A stretch of DNA of 64,000 nt from the NCBI GenBank assembly GCA_012295275.1, contig CM022678.1:14632001-14696000 (forward strand), in the 5' to 3' direction. Position numbers and translations under genes: made by a program. The stretch is from Chrysomallon squamiferum (taxonomy: Eukaryota > Animalia > Mollusca). How positions within the stretch are numbered: the stretch's first letter is position 1; every line of letters starts with the position of its first letter. Shown here piece after piece: positions 25,901 through 39,600 of the stretch. The notes beneath the pieces are model-generated. The model was not told the origin of the DNA, searched no databases, and worked only from the letters and a program-made list of their open reading frames with translations.

Positions 25901-27895
25901 TATTTCCTTCTGCTATGGCTGCATCCTTGTTGTGGTGTTTGTAACGCCAGTCTTTATAGTGACTGTATCTGTAAGTTATAAGTGTTTATATTGGATATAT
26001 AATTAAATAAATGTTTATTTTATGGTTATATAACTAACTAAGTTTTAAATGTTTATATTGCATATATATGTAACTAAATACACATTTCAGAACAAACAGT
26101 TTTGAGGTGTGTGGATGTGATGGGGCAAGTACAGGAGCATTGCACTGTGAGGACAATCATTCTCTTGCCGAGTGGATTCAAGCAATAACTTCAAACATAA
26201 ACAATCTTCTCTCTCAGATGGTAATATTCTCTGATTTTTCACAATTAGTGATATTTAAATACGTCATAAATTCTTCTTTAAAATATTGTTTAAAAGTTAT
26301 ATTTCTTACTGAGCAGATTCAAGCAAAACTTCTACAATAAAAAGTCTTCTCTCTCAGATGCCAGTCTGATTTTTTATGATTAAATATCATGTATTAGTTA
26401 CTGAATTTACATCCTGTATTCTTTAAAATATTTTAATGACAAAAACTAAAACAATCAAATATGAAAATGATAATGAATGTTAATTGTTAATATTCAGAAA
26501 AAAACAAAAAGATTTATCCATTGTAGTCTAAGTGCATATCAAAAGTTATTCAAAATCTAACAAATCCTTTTTCTATCAACTGTAATGTTACAAAAATATT
26601 TAACTAGAAGAATGTTGTGCATGCATTTTCTAATGATACATTATAATGTGATATATAGGGTTTCTTTGACTGTACTGATAACAAAAGGTTCATTCTCACA
26701 TATTTCATTTTCTGTTTTCAGATACAGATGACTAACAGACTTCTTCTGCCAGAAGAACATGTAAGTAAATGATGAGAGTAAGATTTAACATCTTTAATAT
26801 TTGTATACATTTTTTAGTATTTATAAAAAAAATTATAATTCACAATGAATTTCTGAAATGTATTTAAAAATGTTACATATTTAATAAAAAAATTATTAAG
26901 TTTTCTGAAATATATATAAAATGAAGTGTGTGTGTGTGTTTCTGTGTGTGTTTAAGTTATGTTTTATAATCTATCTACCTATATAAACACACACAAACAC
27001 ACACATGAACACACACACATTGGTGTATTGTTTCTGAATCTTACTGATATTTAATTTCAGATTGCATTCATGAGTTGGATACACAAACGAGTGTCCCCTG
27101 CTGTTCACTTCCAGGCTTGGAAACCAATGTTTCTCTGTCTGAAAGGATCTGACGTTTTCTTGTTTGATGTACCACCTGTAAGTTCATTATCTTCAGATAA
27201 ATACTTTATATAACAGTTTACAGTTGATAAAAATAAATATGAAATAAATATAATTAAATCTGTAATAATCTTTTTTCATAAAGGATTATTATAATTTAAA
27301 AATATTTTATTTTATTTCAGATGCATGCTTCAGATTGGACTCAGTGTATTTCCAAATACAAAATTTATGAGTGTATGTTTAAAATATTAAAGGTGAGATT
27401 TATTTATAATTGTATCTGTCAAATGAGTAAATGTATGCATTAAGTACACATTTATACAGAATATATTTTAATTTGTGGTTATGAAGATCTTTGTGGAAGT
27501 TGTATTTTGTTTTTATTTTTGGCTTTGGAATTCCTCTTATATTATCATACTTGTTAATGAGGTAGTGATTATCTTGATGCTGTTTGTTTCTTTTTATAAT
27601 CATAATATTTTCAATCTGTATACATCATAGAAATGTATCATATCATATTTTCTGTTAGGTTTTATGATTTATGTAGGAATTGATTTTTTACTGATTAACA
27701 TCTAAAAAGAACACCTGTCAACTTGTAATAGACATTATTATATGTACATATCACAATCTGACAGCTGTTCTTTTATAGATATATATTTAGTCTTTCACTC
27801 TCAAAAAAACACATGTGTATTTTCAGTTACAAAGTGACATTCTCAAACACACACACACACAATCATACATATATATATATATATACATGTGTATG

Positions 27896-27939
<44 letters not shown>

Positions 27940-28438
27940 CACACACACTCACACACACACATATACATTTTGTTACTGATGAGATGTATGATGACAGGAG
28001 GAGGAACTGCTGGATGACAGACAACACTGCTGTACTGTACAGACAGGAACTGGAGAGAAGTTTGTACTCAGTGTAGAGAGCCGATCTGATCTACTACACA
28101 TAGAAAGAGCCTGGTTTAAAACAAACAGTCTCGCTGTCCACAGATTAAAGGTATTGTCTATTTGTGTTACTCTGTGTGTGTGTGTGTGCGTGTGTTCGTG
28201 TGCGTGTACGTGTATGTGTGCATGTGTGCGTGTGTGTATGGGTGTAGATGTTTGTGTCTGTTTACCAGTGAAAGTGTTTGATCTGTGTGTGGCTGTGTGT
28301 ATGTTTGTGTCTATTTATCTGCATGTTATGTCTGTGTATGCATGCATACTTATGGGTGCGTTTGTTAGTACAAAGTATTTTTGTGTGTGTGTGTGTGTGT
28401 GTGTTTGTGTGTGTATATATATTTGTGTGGGTGTGTGT

Positions 28439-28469
<31 letters not shown>

Positions 28470-29778
28470 TTATCCATGTCTATGCATGTGTGTATGTATT
28501 TGTTTGTGTCGGTCTGTGTATGCATGTATATTTGTGTGTTTGTTAGAACACGTCTGTGTGTACTTTATAGAGACATACATGACAGGTTTTACATTTTAGA
28601 ATGTAACTTTTGGGTGCACATGGCGTGGCAGACTGTCGGGTCTTTCTCTTGATCTGAACACAGGATTTTCACTCGTTGACCACCAGACAAAGGTAGATTT
28701 CTGTTTTTCTTTTCATATTGTTAATAAAGATAAATTTGTTTTCCATGTATCTTTAATAACAGTTGTAATTATAAAACAATTTTTATAAACTTAAAAATAC
28801 TACTTTGACAGCAAACATTTTAATCAAATTATATATATAATTAAATTTTGTAAACAAATTTGTTACATATCCAGTTTGCAACTTTATGTAAAGTGACTCC
28901 AGTGTATGAATTAACATTTTATATATTTAATAATGATATATTTGTGTGTTGTGTGTTTGTGTGTGTATATATATATATATATATGTTCAAATATATCATC
29001 ATTAAATTACATCATTTATCCAAAAAGAAATGACCACTGATATTCTTTTTTAATTTTTTATGTTGTAGTCTTTTGTGTGGATGTACAGATTTTCTCAGCT
29101 GAAAGGATCGTCAGATGATGGAAAGTCACACCTGAAGCTGCTCTTCCAAAATGAAACAACCAGACTGACAGAAAGCAGGGTGAGATGTTATCAAATATAA
29201 TTTTATCTAAGAGATTTTACATTGGAGTAAGAAAGAAACTATATTACTTATTAATGGATTCAATAGTTTTTTGGTTGTATTGGATCAGAGTTAAGTCTTT
29301 GTTATACTATTTGATGAGCACTAACTGAAATGTGTACAAAGAGGATTTAATCTTACAGTGATCTGTCTCACTCCTTACTGACTTGTAAAACAATTTTTTT
29401 TTTCTTAAATCAGATTATCTAGGATGTCATCCTTTCGTTATTGTTTTTTTATGTGAATTGTAAGTTCATCATAATTGTACAAATATAAAAAAAAATGTGA
29501 AGACAAATAAAAGTAATTTATTTCTGAATCACTGATGATCCATGCTGGATTTTATATTTTTTGAATTATATTTTATTTATTGTTATTATTTTTGTTTTTG
29601 TTACCTTTTTCTGTTTTCTTGCTCCTAGTGAATGATGTCTTTGGAATGTAAAAGAGTTTATTTGCTTGTTTTTCAGGAGATTGAATGTTCAAATCTTCAA
29701 ACACTGATGTTCTGTATTCATGCATTTTTATCTGCCAAGCTGTCCTCGGTGGATCCAGCATTTTTGACTAACTACTGA
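22929..29778 (+). CDS. SNTG1: Gamma-syntrophin (split PH, PDZ, PH2 and syntrophin-unique domains), 14 coding exons, ~469 aa
   Basis: Exons: 22929-22940, 23575-23721, 24038-24196, 24493-24619, 25030-25058, 25268-25386, 26091-26220, 26722-26760, 27061-27177, 27321-27392, 27998-28150, 28600-28692, 29069-29179, 29677-29778. Motifs: PDZ GLCVKGGAEHHLPVLISRL...VNG, IPLLYARLTRYYPGTDKLR, WMYRFSQLKGSSDDGKSHLKLLF, and C-terminal CIHAFLSAKLSSVDPAFL typical of gamma-syntrophins. The gene is probably co-orthologous to SNTG1/SNTG2. Confidence 0.93.
26302..26375 (+). repeat. Decayed tandem copy of the 3' end of syntrophin exon 7
   Basis: gattcaagcaaaacttctacaataaaaagtcttctctctcagatg matches the exon end gattcaagcaataacttcaaacataaacaatcttctctctcagatg (26175-26220). 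The donor GT is replaced by CC in the copy. Confidence 0.85.
28170..28545. repeat. Degenerate (TG)n-rich low-complexity tract
   Basis: TG/TGTA-rich intron; it is the source of the spurious CV- and HT-rich ORFs. Confidence 0.9.
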
Positions 29779-30102
29779 CTGAGCATTACTTTTATTTAAA
29801 TAATCAGTGCAATATTGTTAAACAGAACTTAGATAATTTCTAACTTTTTTATAATTCATAATTACTCAGACACCAAGTGTTAGTCAGATTCTTCATTATT
29901 ATCAAGTATCATGTCTATTTTGTACAAATAATAAAAAAGTATAATTAAGATATACATACATATATACATACAGACATATAGTCATCATGTACAAACTGAA
30001 TATGGCATATTACAATCATATGTAAATATATTTCTGAATGAGATTTCTATACAACTATACACTTGCACACACACACACAATATAGACACATATATACTCG
30101 CG

Positions 30103-30141
<39 letters not shown>

Positions 30142-32650
30142 TTATAGATATATAAATTGCTTGTCTCTGTTAACTAGACATTAAGGTCTTGAATACATTT
30201 ACATTTTTTTTTTAAAGTTATAAAGTTCTAAGACATAATTCTAGAGGGTTTTTAAATTTTATATATTATTAGTGTTGGTTATCTAGATAACAAAATTTGT
30301 GTTATTTAGTGAGTGTTGGATATGTAATGTTACATATATGAAACATGGATTGTTTTGAAATAGAGTGATGTGTTAAGTGTTACTTGTTTTTATTGGCATC
30401 ATAATTTTTTAAAACTGTTTATATAAGAAAAGAGAAAACTGTATTTTATATGAGAAGACAAAAAGCTTTAGATTATGATGAATGATAAACCGTGAGTTTC
30501 TATCATGGACATCAGCAGCTTGTAAGTTATGTGTTGTTTAATTAGCATTTATAACTGTAGATTGAAACACACAACTACACAAGCCAATGAGTCAGAGCAG
30601 TGTTTGTAATTGTCATTACAATTAGTAACACAAAAACATCTTGGTATACTGAGGAAAAAAGTTTTATTCTGGTCTTGGATTTTTGCAGAATTTATGCATC
30701 AGAATAAAGTTTTTATTTTCATTAAAAAAAAGTAATGCAAAAGCATTTTCTTTATAGCATAATAGAGAAGAAAAAATGTTTTAGTCTGGTCTTGGATTTT
30801 TGCAATGGCAGCATCATGTTAACTCAGACAATGTACAACTCAAGTGCAATATTTTACTGTTTTGTAAAAATATTTGTTTTTATCTTTGAGTTTCCTGATT
30901 TGTTGTTTTTCATTATTATTGAATGTTGTTACCTTTATTTTAAGTGCTTAATTAACACTGATTTTTCCCCGGATAGTTCTCATTAAAAAATTATTTTACT
31001 TTTTTTTTTTCTTTTTTTTTCTTCTTTTTTTCTTTCATTTTCTTTCATTCTTTATTTCTTTGTTTTAAATATCTTTTTGATATTCAAAAAAAAAAGTTAA
31101 AAAAAATTAAAATTGTTAAATACAGTATTCTAATTCAGTTAAAAAAAAAGTCGTTCTAATAATAAAATAAAAAAGTAGATTGCAGTGACTTGAAATATTA
31201 TCACGAGCATGTATACTGATATATTTTACTATTATGCAGTGCAAATACTGTTAAGATTTCTTTATTTGTTTTCAATTAAAAAAAAAAAAAATCATTGTTT
31301 TTATTTTCATCTTTTTTAAAAAGTATTTTGAAGGATTAAACATTTTTACAATGAAATACTGGTATTTGCAATTGTAGATAGTTATCATATATAAACTGTT
31401 AGGTATTAAAAGTATTTATTGTTATTTTCACATATTGAATTATTTAAGGTGATAAAAATTGGAAACAAATATGGTTGTGATAATTATTAGGAATTACTAT
31501 TATTATTTCTTGTAAATAAATATATACACATGTATTTTAAGATAAAAGATAACAGTTTAGGAATAATTTCTGTTAATATTTCAATTATACGTAACTAACA
31601 ATGTAAAAATTTGGATCTATGTAATATTGATACTGGAAAGTAAATATTTTTATGTTAAAGAATAAAATAAGAAATTAAAAGTAAATTTGTACATAATTAA
31701 ATACTTAGACTACCTCTGCCTGATGTGCAATATAAATATATTTTTCAAACTGTCCAGAAGGTAAATATTATGAAAATTAATATATTATTGTAGTACCTAT
31801 TAACCCAGTGTAAATTTTGTTTTGTGAATGTGTTGGTATAATCTGTTGTTAAGTGGAGTAATAGCAAAAACACATTACAGATTGCTGATAATAGTTTATA
31901 TTTATAAAATAGTTTTTAATAAAAGATTTATATGCTTCGTTTTACTCTAGTCTCTAGATAAAATTGATTATGAAAAACTGACATGAAATTTGCCATAAAC
32001 AGATTTAACCTGTTTCATTGATTGATTAGCTGAACAAGCTGGACAGGTTACCCAATGCATTCTGGGCAGTACAATTTGTAAATTTCTGTCCTGGTAAAAA
32101 TAAAATTTGTATTGTGTAAATAGGGATTTATTTAGGAAGTGATTTGAAAACACAGATTATTATTATTATTAATTTTTTTTTTTCACAATTTAATAAGAAA
32201 ATTGCTAATCAGATATAATACTCATTAGTTCCTGTACATTTTATATGCTATGTATGCTGCAAAAATCATTAATTGTTTATTTCCATTAAACTTTTTGCTG
32301 AATAATGTATATAAATATTTAATGGAAACAAATAATATATATTTCTAAATTATATATAATCTTTTTTTTAAATTTTATTTATTTATTTTTTATTATTATT
32401 ATTTTTTGCCAGGTGGTTTCTGTAATATTTTGCAGCATTTATATATTTTTTTCAGTCATAAATCTAGTTTGATATAATATGATATAATTTGATATTTTTT
32501 CTTGTACAATCTTGGTATTTACTCATAACTGATTGTAAAACATATTTTTCTGTAACTCATTTATTCAATCAGCTTTGTTTTGTCTACAGAATTGATGTAA
32601 TCTTGTCCTGTTGGCTTTTTCAATAAAATTACCTACAAAATTGTATTTTT
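29779..32650 (+). other. Probable long 3' UTR of gamma-syntrophin
   Basis: No ORFs of note. AATAAA at ~32622 is followed by a T/GT-rich tract at 32641-32670; minus-strand AATAAA signals of the convergent gene follow at ~32702 and ~32766. The true 3' ends are not proven. Confidence 0.5.
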
Positions 32651-34851
32651 TTGTGGGTTTTAGATTTTTGTCAGTGCATTATAATAATACATTTCAACAT
32701 TTTATTCAACTATAGAACCCAAAACACGTAAATACAACAAATCAATTTAATGCAGCAATAATAATTTATTATCTATAAAAACATTAATGAATAAAACTTA
32801 ACTTTATAAGAAGTTGTATACTAATAATGCCCAATTCTAATCTGAACTAGAGTAACTCGGACCAAATAAAAAAAAAACTTTACAAACAAAACAGTCTAAA
32901 TACTACCTGGAAACTGACATAATTCAGATTCATATTCTGTAAAATATACATGTTTTTCACATCAGAAACTGTTAAAACTACTGTATGGACATCCTCATTT
33001 AGAATTATTGTTAATATATATATATATATATATATATTTTATTTTATTTTATTTTATTTTAATTTGATGCTCCACTTCATACAAAAAATAATAAATAAAT
33101 ATAATAATAATAATAAAACTGTTTCCACTGAAGTTGTTATTTGAATTGTCATTTAGAGAAATACCTTGTTTTGCAAATAGTTCAGTCACTCCACATAATC
33201 TGGAAAATGTCCGAAATATTTTCCATTCTTGATGAATAACAACATAGTTTATTAGACTAATAAGGTATAAGTCGAATTAAATAAAGAATATTGAGAACTT
33301 TAAATCACTCATCGTTTTCACATCATCAGTTAAAACCTTTTAGTGCTAGATTTTTTAAATTCATTTTAATTTTTGTTTTAAAATCTTAAATTCAAAAGTA
33401 TTTGACCCAGCAAAACTGTTTTAATTGACACTAGCTGAAGAGAAAACACACAACAATACAATAATCTGATGTAACGCAGTCAAATGCAACTTTAAAAATT
33501 GCAGAATCATTTAACATAAAATATATAACATAAACATTTAATTTTTTTTTTAAACCTTCAGAAAACAATAACTAACATATTCAGCTACTGAGAAATAGTC
33601 ATATTGGACCTTTAAATAGAATATGAATAATTACTAACAAAAATCTAATAATGCATATTAACCAGACTATGTGAAATTAACAATATCACACATAACAAAC
33701 CATAAACTTGTAAATAGAAAATGATGTTTGTATTAGAAATTTTAACTGACAATCAAAGATACTGTTTGCTGATAAACATCAGAAAATTCATTGATAATTC
33801 AGTTTGTAACTGAAATAAGTAAAAACAAAATAACTAAATTAATCTATAAGTCACCTTTGATAATTTATCAGTCAAATCACCATTGAAAAAGATACTACTG
33901 TTCAGTACCTATCTTTTTTTTTTAATATCAGTTTTTCTGGGAATGTTGAAGTATCGTATCAAAATTTTACTGAAAATGAGGACTGGAAATCACAATCTGT
34001 GATACAGCTTTGTAATATCTGAACTGTGAAAATTGTGAACAAATAACAATTGGTACATCTTTTCCAAGTCAATGACCAAGTCAAACATTCTACAACATAA
34101 ATACTTTTATCCTGTTATCCACAAAAAGCTGTGTCATATTTTTGATTGACAAGTCTAGATGAGATATTAACAATGAATAATTAATAACAATGAATATTTT
34201 AATAAAATATAATAATAATAAAAAAATAAATAAATAGCTACAAATGGCTAAACATATGGCATTAATTGTTCTCCTTCCAATACATGTCAAAGTATCATGT
34301 TCATAACCTTTAACTGTCAATTATTTTGTAATTTTTCAGTTGCTGTTTTCATACAGTACATCATTCCATGTCAGTTCACCCAATAAAAATGGTAATTTAT
34401 AACAGGACTGAATCTGATATTGATAATAATTGGTATATACAGTTACATATAAAATTTACCTTCATCAAATGAATTTTTTAAAAATAATATCTGTTGATGT
34501 TTTGGTCAAAATGATTAAGGCCAACTAAACTGTAGACCCTAGTCTTCATAATGTCGGTGATGCTGGAAAGAGAATTCCACTGGAATCCAAAAGTGCAATG
34601 AGTATAAAACCTTTTGTATGATCTTGAAATGACCTAGTGGATCATGACCTTCAAAAGATCTTTATATTCTTTAGTAACAATATAAAAAAAAGAAGAAGAA
34701 GAAATGTAATATTCTTCTTAAGTCAATAATCAAGATATGGACGGTTAAAGTAGTAATGCATGATTTTCACACAGCAAACAGTTCATAAGGATGATATACT
34801 TCTGTTTAATGTTCCTTTATCAAAAACACAGATACCTTCATTGGCACCATT

Positions 34852-36617
34852 TTACAATATTCTGCAGAGTTTGCTTTCCTGTTCTGCAGTCTGTGTAGAA
34901 GGAAGAGTGATTCTGGTGACAGTACTGACATTGTGAAGTGGTATTTCTGATGGTGCTGGTGGTGCTTCAATGCGAGGCCGAGGGGCAGGAGAGTCTAAAA
35001 ACTTGGCTTTACAAAACCCATCCTTCTCTTCCTTCTCGCCGTCACTAAAATGTGCCATTATATAAATAAACAGAAATTTAAAGAATTTATCTAACCTAAC
35101 GGTACACATACTGACCCAGATGACTGCAGCTAATGGCTGATTAATTGCCAGTTGGGTAACATATACATATTCTCATATCTAAAATTCCTTATTATTAAAA
35201 AATAATTATTTTCTTCATTTTATTTTCCATATGCTGGTGTAAAAATAAAGCATAAAATAAATATCTTCACCTGACAAAAAAAGTTATTCCTTTCAGTATG
35301 TGAATTATTAATTAATTGAGGTTAAAGCAGTCAATAAAAGGCAGAATAAATTGTATTACTTCTGTTTTTCTGGCTGTTTATACATCTCCAATCTTCTCTC
35401 TTACTCTCTCTCTCACTCAGTCTACTTCTCTCACTCTTCCTCTGTCTTTCTCTCTTTCACCAAACATTTTACTTTATAAAATTACCTGTTGTTACCTCCT
35501 GGCTGAATCATATTATTTGTTTTCAGAACAGACACACTGACCTCATCATGCTGTATGGATGTTCCAGTGTCAAATATCTTGTTATTATCAACACTTCCTT
35601 CTCTTACTTTTAACAGAATCACTGCTGGACCATCACTGCACTGTATTCTGTTTTCACTCACCTGACATAATTAAAACAGTTTTAGTTTTAAATAATATGT
35701 GTAAAGTATCATAATACTCATGTAAATGCTAAAAATATTTCGTTGTTGATTTGTTGTTGTTTTTATACTTTCTGTTTTTATTTTTATACTTTCTGTAGAC
35801 TACATAGGTAATTTATTACAGTTCAGAATTATATGCATGTGAAAACTAAAAAAAACCTTTCTTCTTTATATTTTTCTTTTACATTTGCATACACAATTCA
35901 AAGGTAGGTATCAATAACAATAAAATATTTACATAAGATGATCTGAAACTATTTTCTCAATAACTACAATTAATTTCTCAGTTTGATAATTATGCTAATA
36001 TTTACACATTACCTTAATGTGTTGACAGTGTTCAAGATAAATTCCTCCTTGGCCATTACTAACAACATCATTTTCAGAAATTATGACATTACATTTACCC
36101 ACGATTCCAAAGTTGTCATTATGATAAATTCCATTTCCTTGGACGGTGATCTGCAAATGAAATTGATAATTCAAATTTGACTACTAACTTATCATCTTAG
36201 ACTATTCTAAAAGAATATGTGCTTTTTCTTACAAATCATCTTAACTCTTTGAACTTCATTAACAATCATGATTTACTGAAACTGTCAAAAACTGTAAGAG
36301 CTATTTTTTAATAATGAATTTGCTCATGCACTTTTTAAACTTTTGTGTATCTTTGGTAAACAATTTTGTGTATCTTTGGTAAACAATTTTGTCTTCTCCT
36401 GTTTTAAACAATGACAGTGCACAGAATTATAATAATCTCCATGATACTGTATTTTTATGTTTGCTTCTGTTCTGTATCGTTCTTGTATCTACATAATTTA
36501 TGCTTCCCAGTAATAATAACTACTTCAGGTTAACACAATACCAAACTAACAGAAAACATAAAATGAATCTAAACTAAAAATTCATTGACAAACATCAGCT
36601 GTCAAATTAACCATATA

Positions 36618-36675
<58 letters not shown>

Positions 36676-39600
36676 TTAAGAATGAACTAAATAAATATTT
36701 TGATAATTTGACAAATGTTTATCAGCAGTGAAACTAAGTTCCATGGTGTACAGTATTTTTTTATTATTATTTGTGTGTGACTTACTTTTCCAACTGCTGA
36801 GGAGAGTATCCCTGCTCCTTGGTTGTTGGAGATGCTGTTGCCTTTGAGCAGTACATCTGCTGTCTGGTCAACGAGGATGCCATCAGAGCAGTTAGCGTAA
36901 ATAGCATTGTAACAGACATGAACTTCTTCACCAAGCTGTATAACAATTCCTTTTCCTAATTCAGAAATAAGGTATAGATTTAACTTTAAATTATTATCAA
37001 ATGGGTATACAGTAAACATGTGGTGTCCCAACTTTGCAGGACCTGTTGTTCTTATATAGAATTCACTGGTGCACGCTAATCCAAAACAACAGGTGATTAT
37101 AGCATAGTCTTTCTAATTCAATAAATAATGTGGAAAATCATTTTATTGATGCATGTATTTGTTATGCATTCACTGAATGTGGCTTTCATTAATTCAGATC
37201 ATATATAAATTTAAATTATACATTAACATGAATGCAAGAGGTAAGATTAGATCAGTAATGTATAACATAATCTTATCTGCACCATATACCCATACCAGTG
37301 GAACAGACCACAACCTCCTATACAATGTAATGTTACCGTTAATCTATTCAGGTGTCTGGCCAAGTAAGCATGAAACAGTAATCACACACAATGTAGTTGT
37401 TATATAAATATTTATAACTGTTAATGCACAAATTTCTTCATCATACATAGTAGTAGTCGTCTGCTTAGAAATAGTAGTATTGTTGCTGTCATTAGTTGTA
37501 GTTGTATTGTTGTATGAATAGCAGTAATAGTAGTTATTGTATAAATAGTAAAGTTAGTGATTTTTATGTAAGTAGTAACAGCAGTAGTCATTGTTCTTGT
37601 AGTAAATACATTTAGTACCTGCGTTATGGTAAATGTTGTTGTACTGAACTACAGCAAACTTGTGTTTGTTGTGATGAAGAGAATCAGACCGCATGCTGTG
37701 AGCTGACAGCAGCATTGACCCATTTGAAATATGAGGATTATGCAGCACATCCTAAAAGTTTACAATCAAAATGATCATACCTAACACGTTGTAAACACAC
37801 CTACATAGTATTATTTCTATTTGTAAAAATAAACTAAATATATAACTAAATTTTCAAAATTAAAAGAAACAAAACATTAAATTCTTTTAAAATAATTATG
37901 TGTTACATATTTTTAATAAAATATTAGTTAATTCACTGTGCTGCTTTAGACTAAATCCTGAATTAATAAAAAAAAAGAAAAAAAAGAAAAAAGAATTTAA
38001 AATAGTCATAATAATAATAAAGAACTAAAGAAATAAAAATAGTGCTAAATTATGTTTAAAGTCTTGGCTGATTTAGAACAGTGAAGGTAAAGTTAGATTT
38101 AAGAAAGGTGATGAAGGAAATAATTAAATTACCATTTTGTTGACAAAAAGAACTCCTGCATCTCCATTGTTGTTAATCTGGTTTCCCTGTAAAAATGGCT
38201 GACTAGCACTCATAATCCAAACACCTGAACTAGCATTCCCTGCAACAAGTTGTGGTTCATTTACATACAGAAACAAATTATAAAAGATTAGCACTTTTAA
38301 ATATTTAAACATACACACACATACACTTCCTATTTCTAGTTCACAAACACACAAACACAAACACACCCATACACATATACTCTCTGTCTTCCACATTTGT
38401 GCACACACATACACACACACACACATACACACAAACATACACATACATACATTAATGTTTTGCTTTCAGAAAATTCTGATTAATAACTGATATGCCTTTT
38501 TTTATTATAATAATAATAGATGTATAAAATGTAACTCAGTGAGATACTAACATACCAGATATAACATTGTTTTCAATAGACCCCTGTCCATTCTCTCCAA
38601 TCACAATACCATCTCCAACTCCACGACAGATTGAGTTTTGACAAACAAGAGGATTTCCTCCATGACGAATGTCAATTCCTCCCCACTGATTTCCTTCAAT
38701 AAAATTACCTGCAATAAAAATAATTAATCTAACAATACATTTTTAAATTACACAATATATTTTTAAAATATTCACTGATTTTACTTAATCCTTGAAGCAT
38801 TCTAGAAAAATTAACTTAAATTTTAAATTAAATACCAATCCTTAACACCTGATTAATATTTATGTTTACCATTTTGTTACTATTTACTCTTTATATTTAA
38901 TATTAAAATTTACTGGATTACTGTCTATATAAATGTAAAAATAAATACTTTTAATATTTAGCTTTCAGTTTGGTGAGATTTAACACTATCTACAGAACTT
39001 CAGGTTACAATTAAAAAGTTTTATTTTATTATTATTATTATTATTATTATTATAAAAGTGATAAATGCTATTTTTAAGTTAATTATATTTAAAGATTTTC
39101 TTCATTAATACTTATGACTTCATTTAATATTTATTCTTCTTTTTGTTGAACACTGCATAATGTGACAGAAACCAACACTCACCAAAGACCAAACCACGTC
39201 CACCCTCATTGATAGCAATACCTGCTGCTCTTCCATCATAAATATGGTTATCACTGAAAACAATGGAATAGTGTTTGGATTAGTATTAAACTGTTTCAGA
39301 TGTGCTACTCATTCATAAGTTTGATATCTCATAAAGTAAAGGATTATTAAATTTAATATTTGCATTGTATACAAATAGCATAAAAACTGTGTATTCCAAA
39401 CCACTGTTTTATTTATTCCCTGACATAAATCTTTACTTATAAAATAATAATGTTAATCTTTTTTTTAATGTTATTCTGTTCACAGAGTTAGAAAAACTCT
39501 AATTAAAAGAGTAAATCATTGGATTATTATAAAATGGGAAGATCACAGAGGTAGAAAAACTGATTAAATTAGCAAATTATTGCATTATGGTAAGATTGAA

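Noticed and set aside
28154-28652. ORFs rich in CV or HT dipeptides (also 38124-38444 5' part, 54086-54433, 58018-58281)
   Set aside because: They are translations of TG/CA microsatellite tracts in introns.
35116-35136. 21-nt AG...GT segment in the last FBXO10 intron
   Set aside because: Splice signals are weak and an in-frame TAG follows immediately; support is insufficient.
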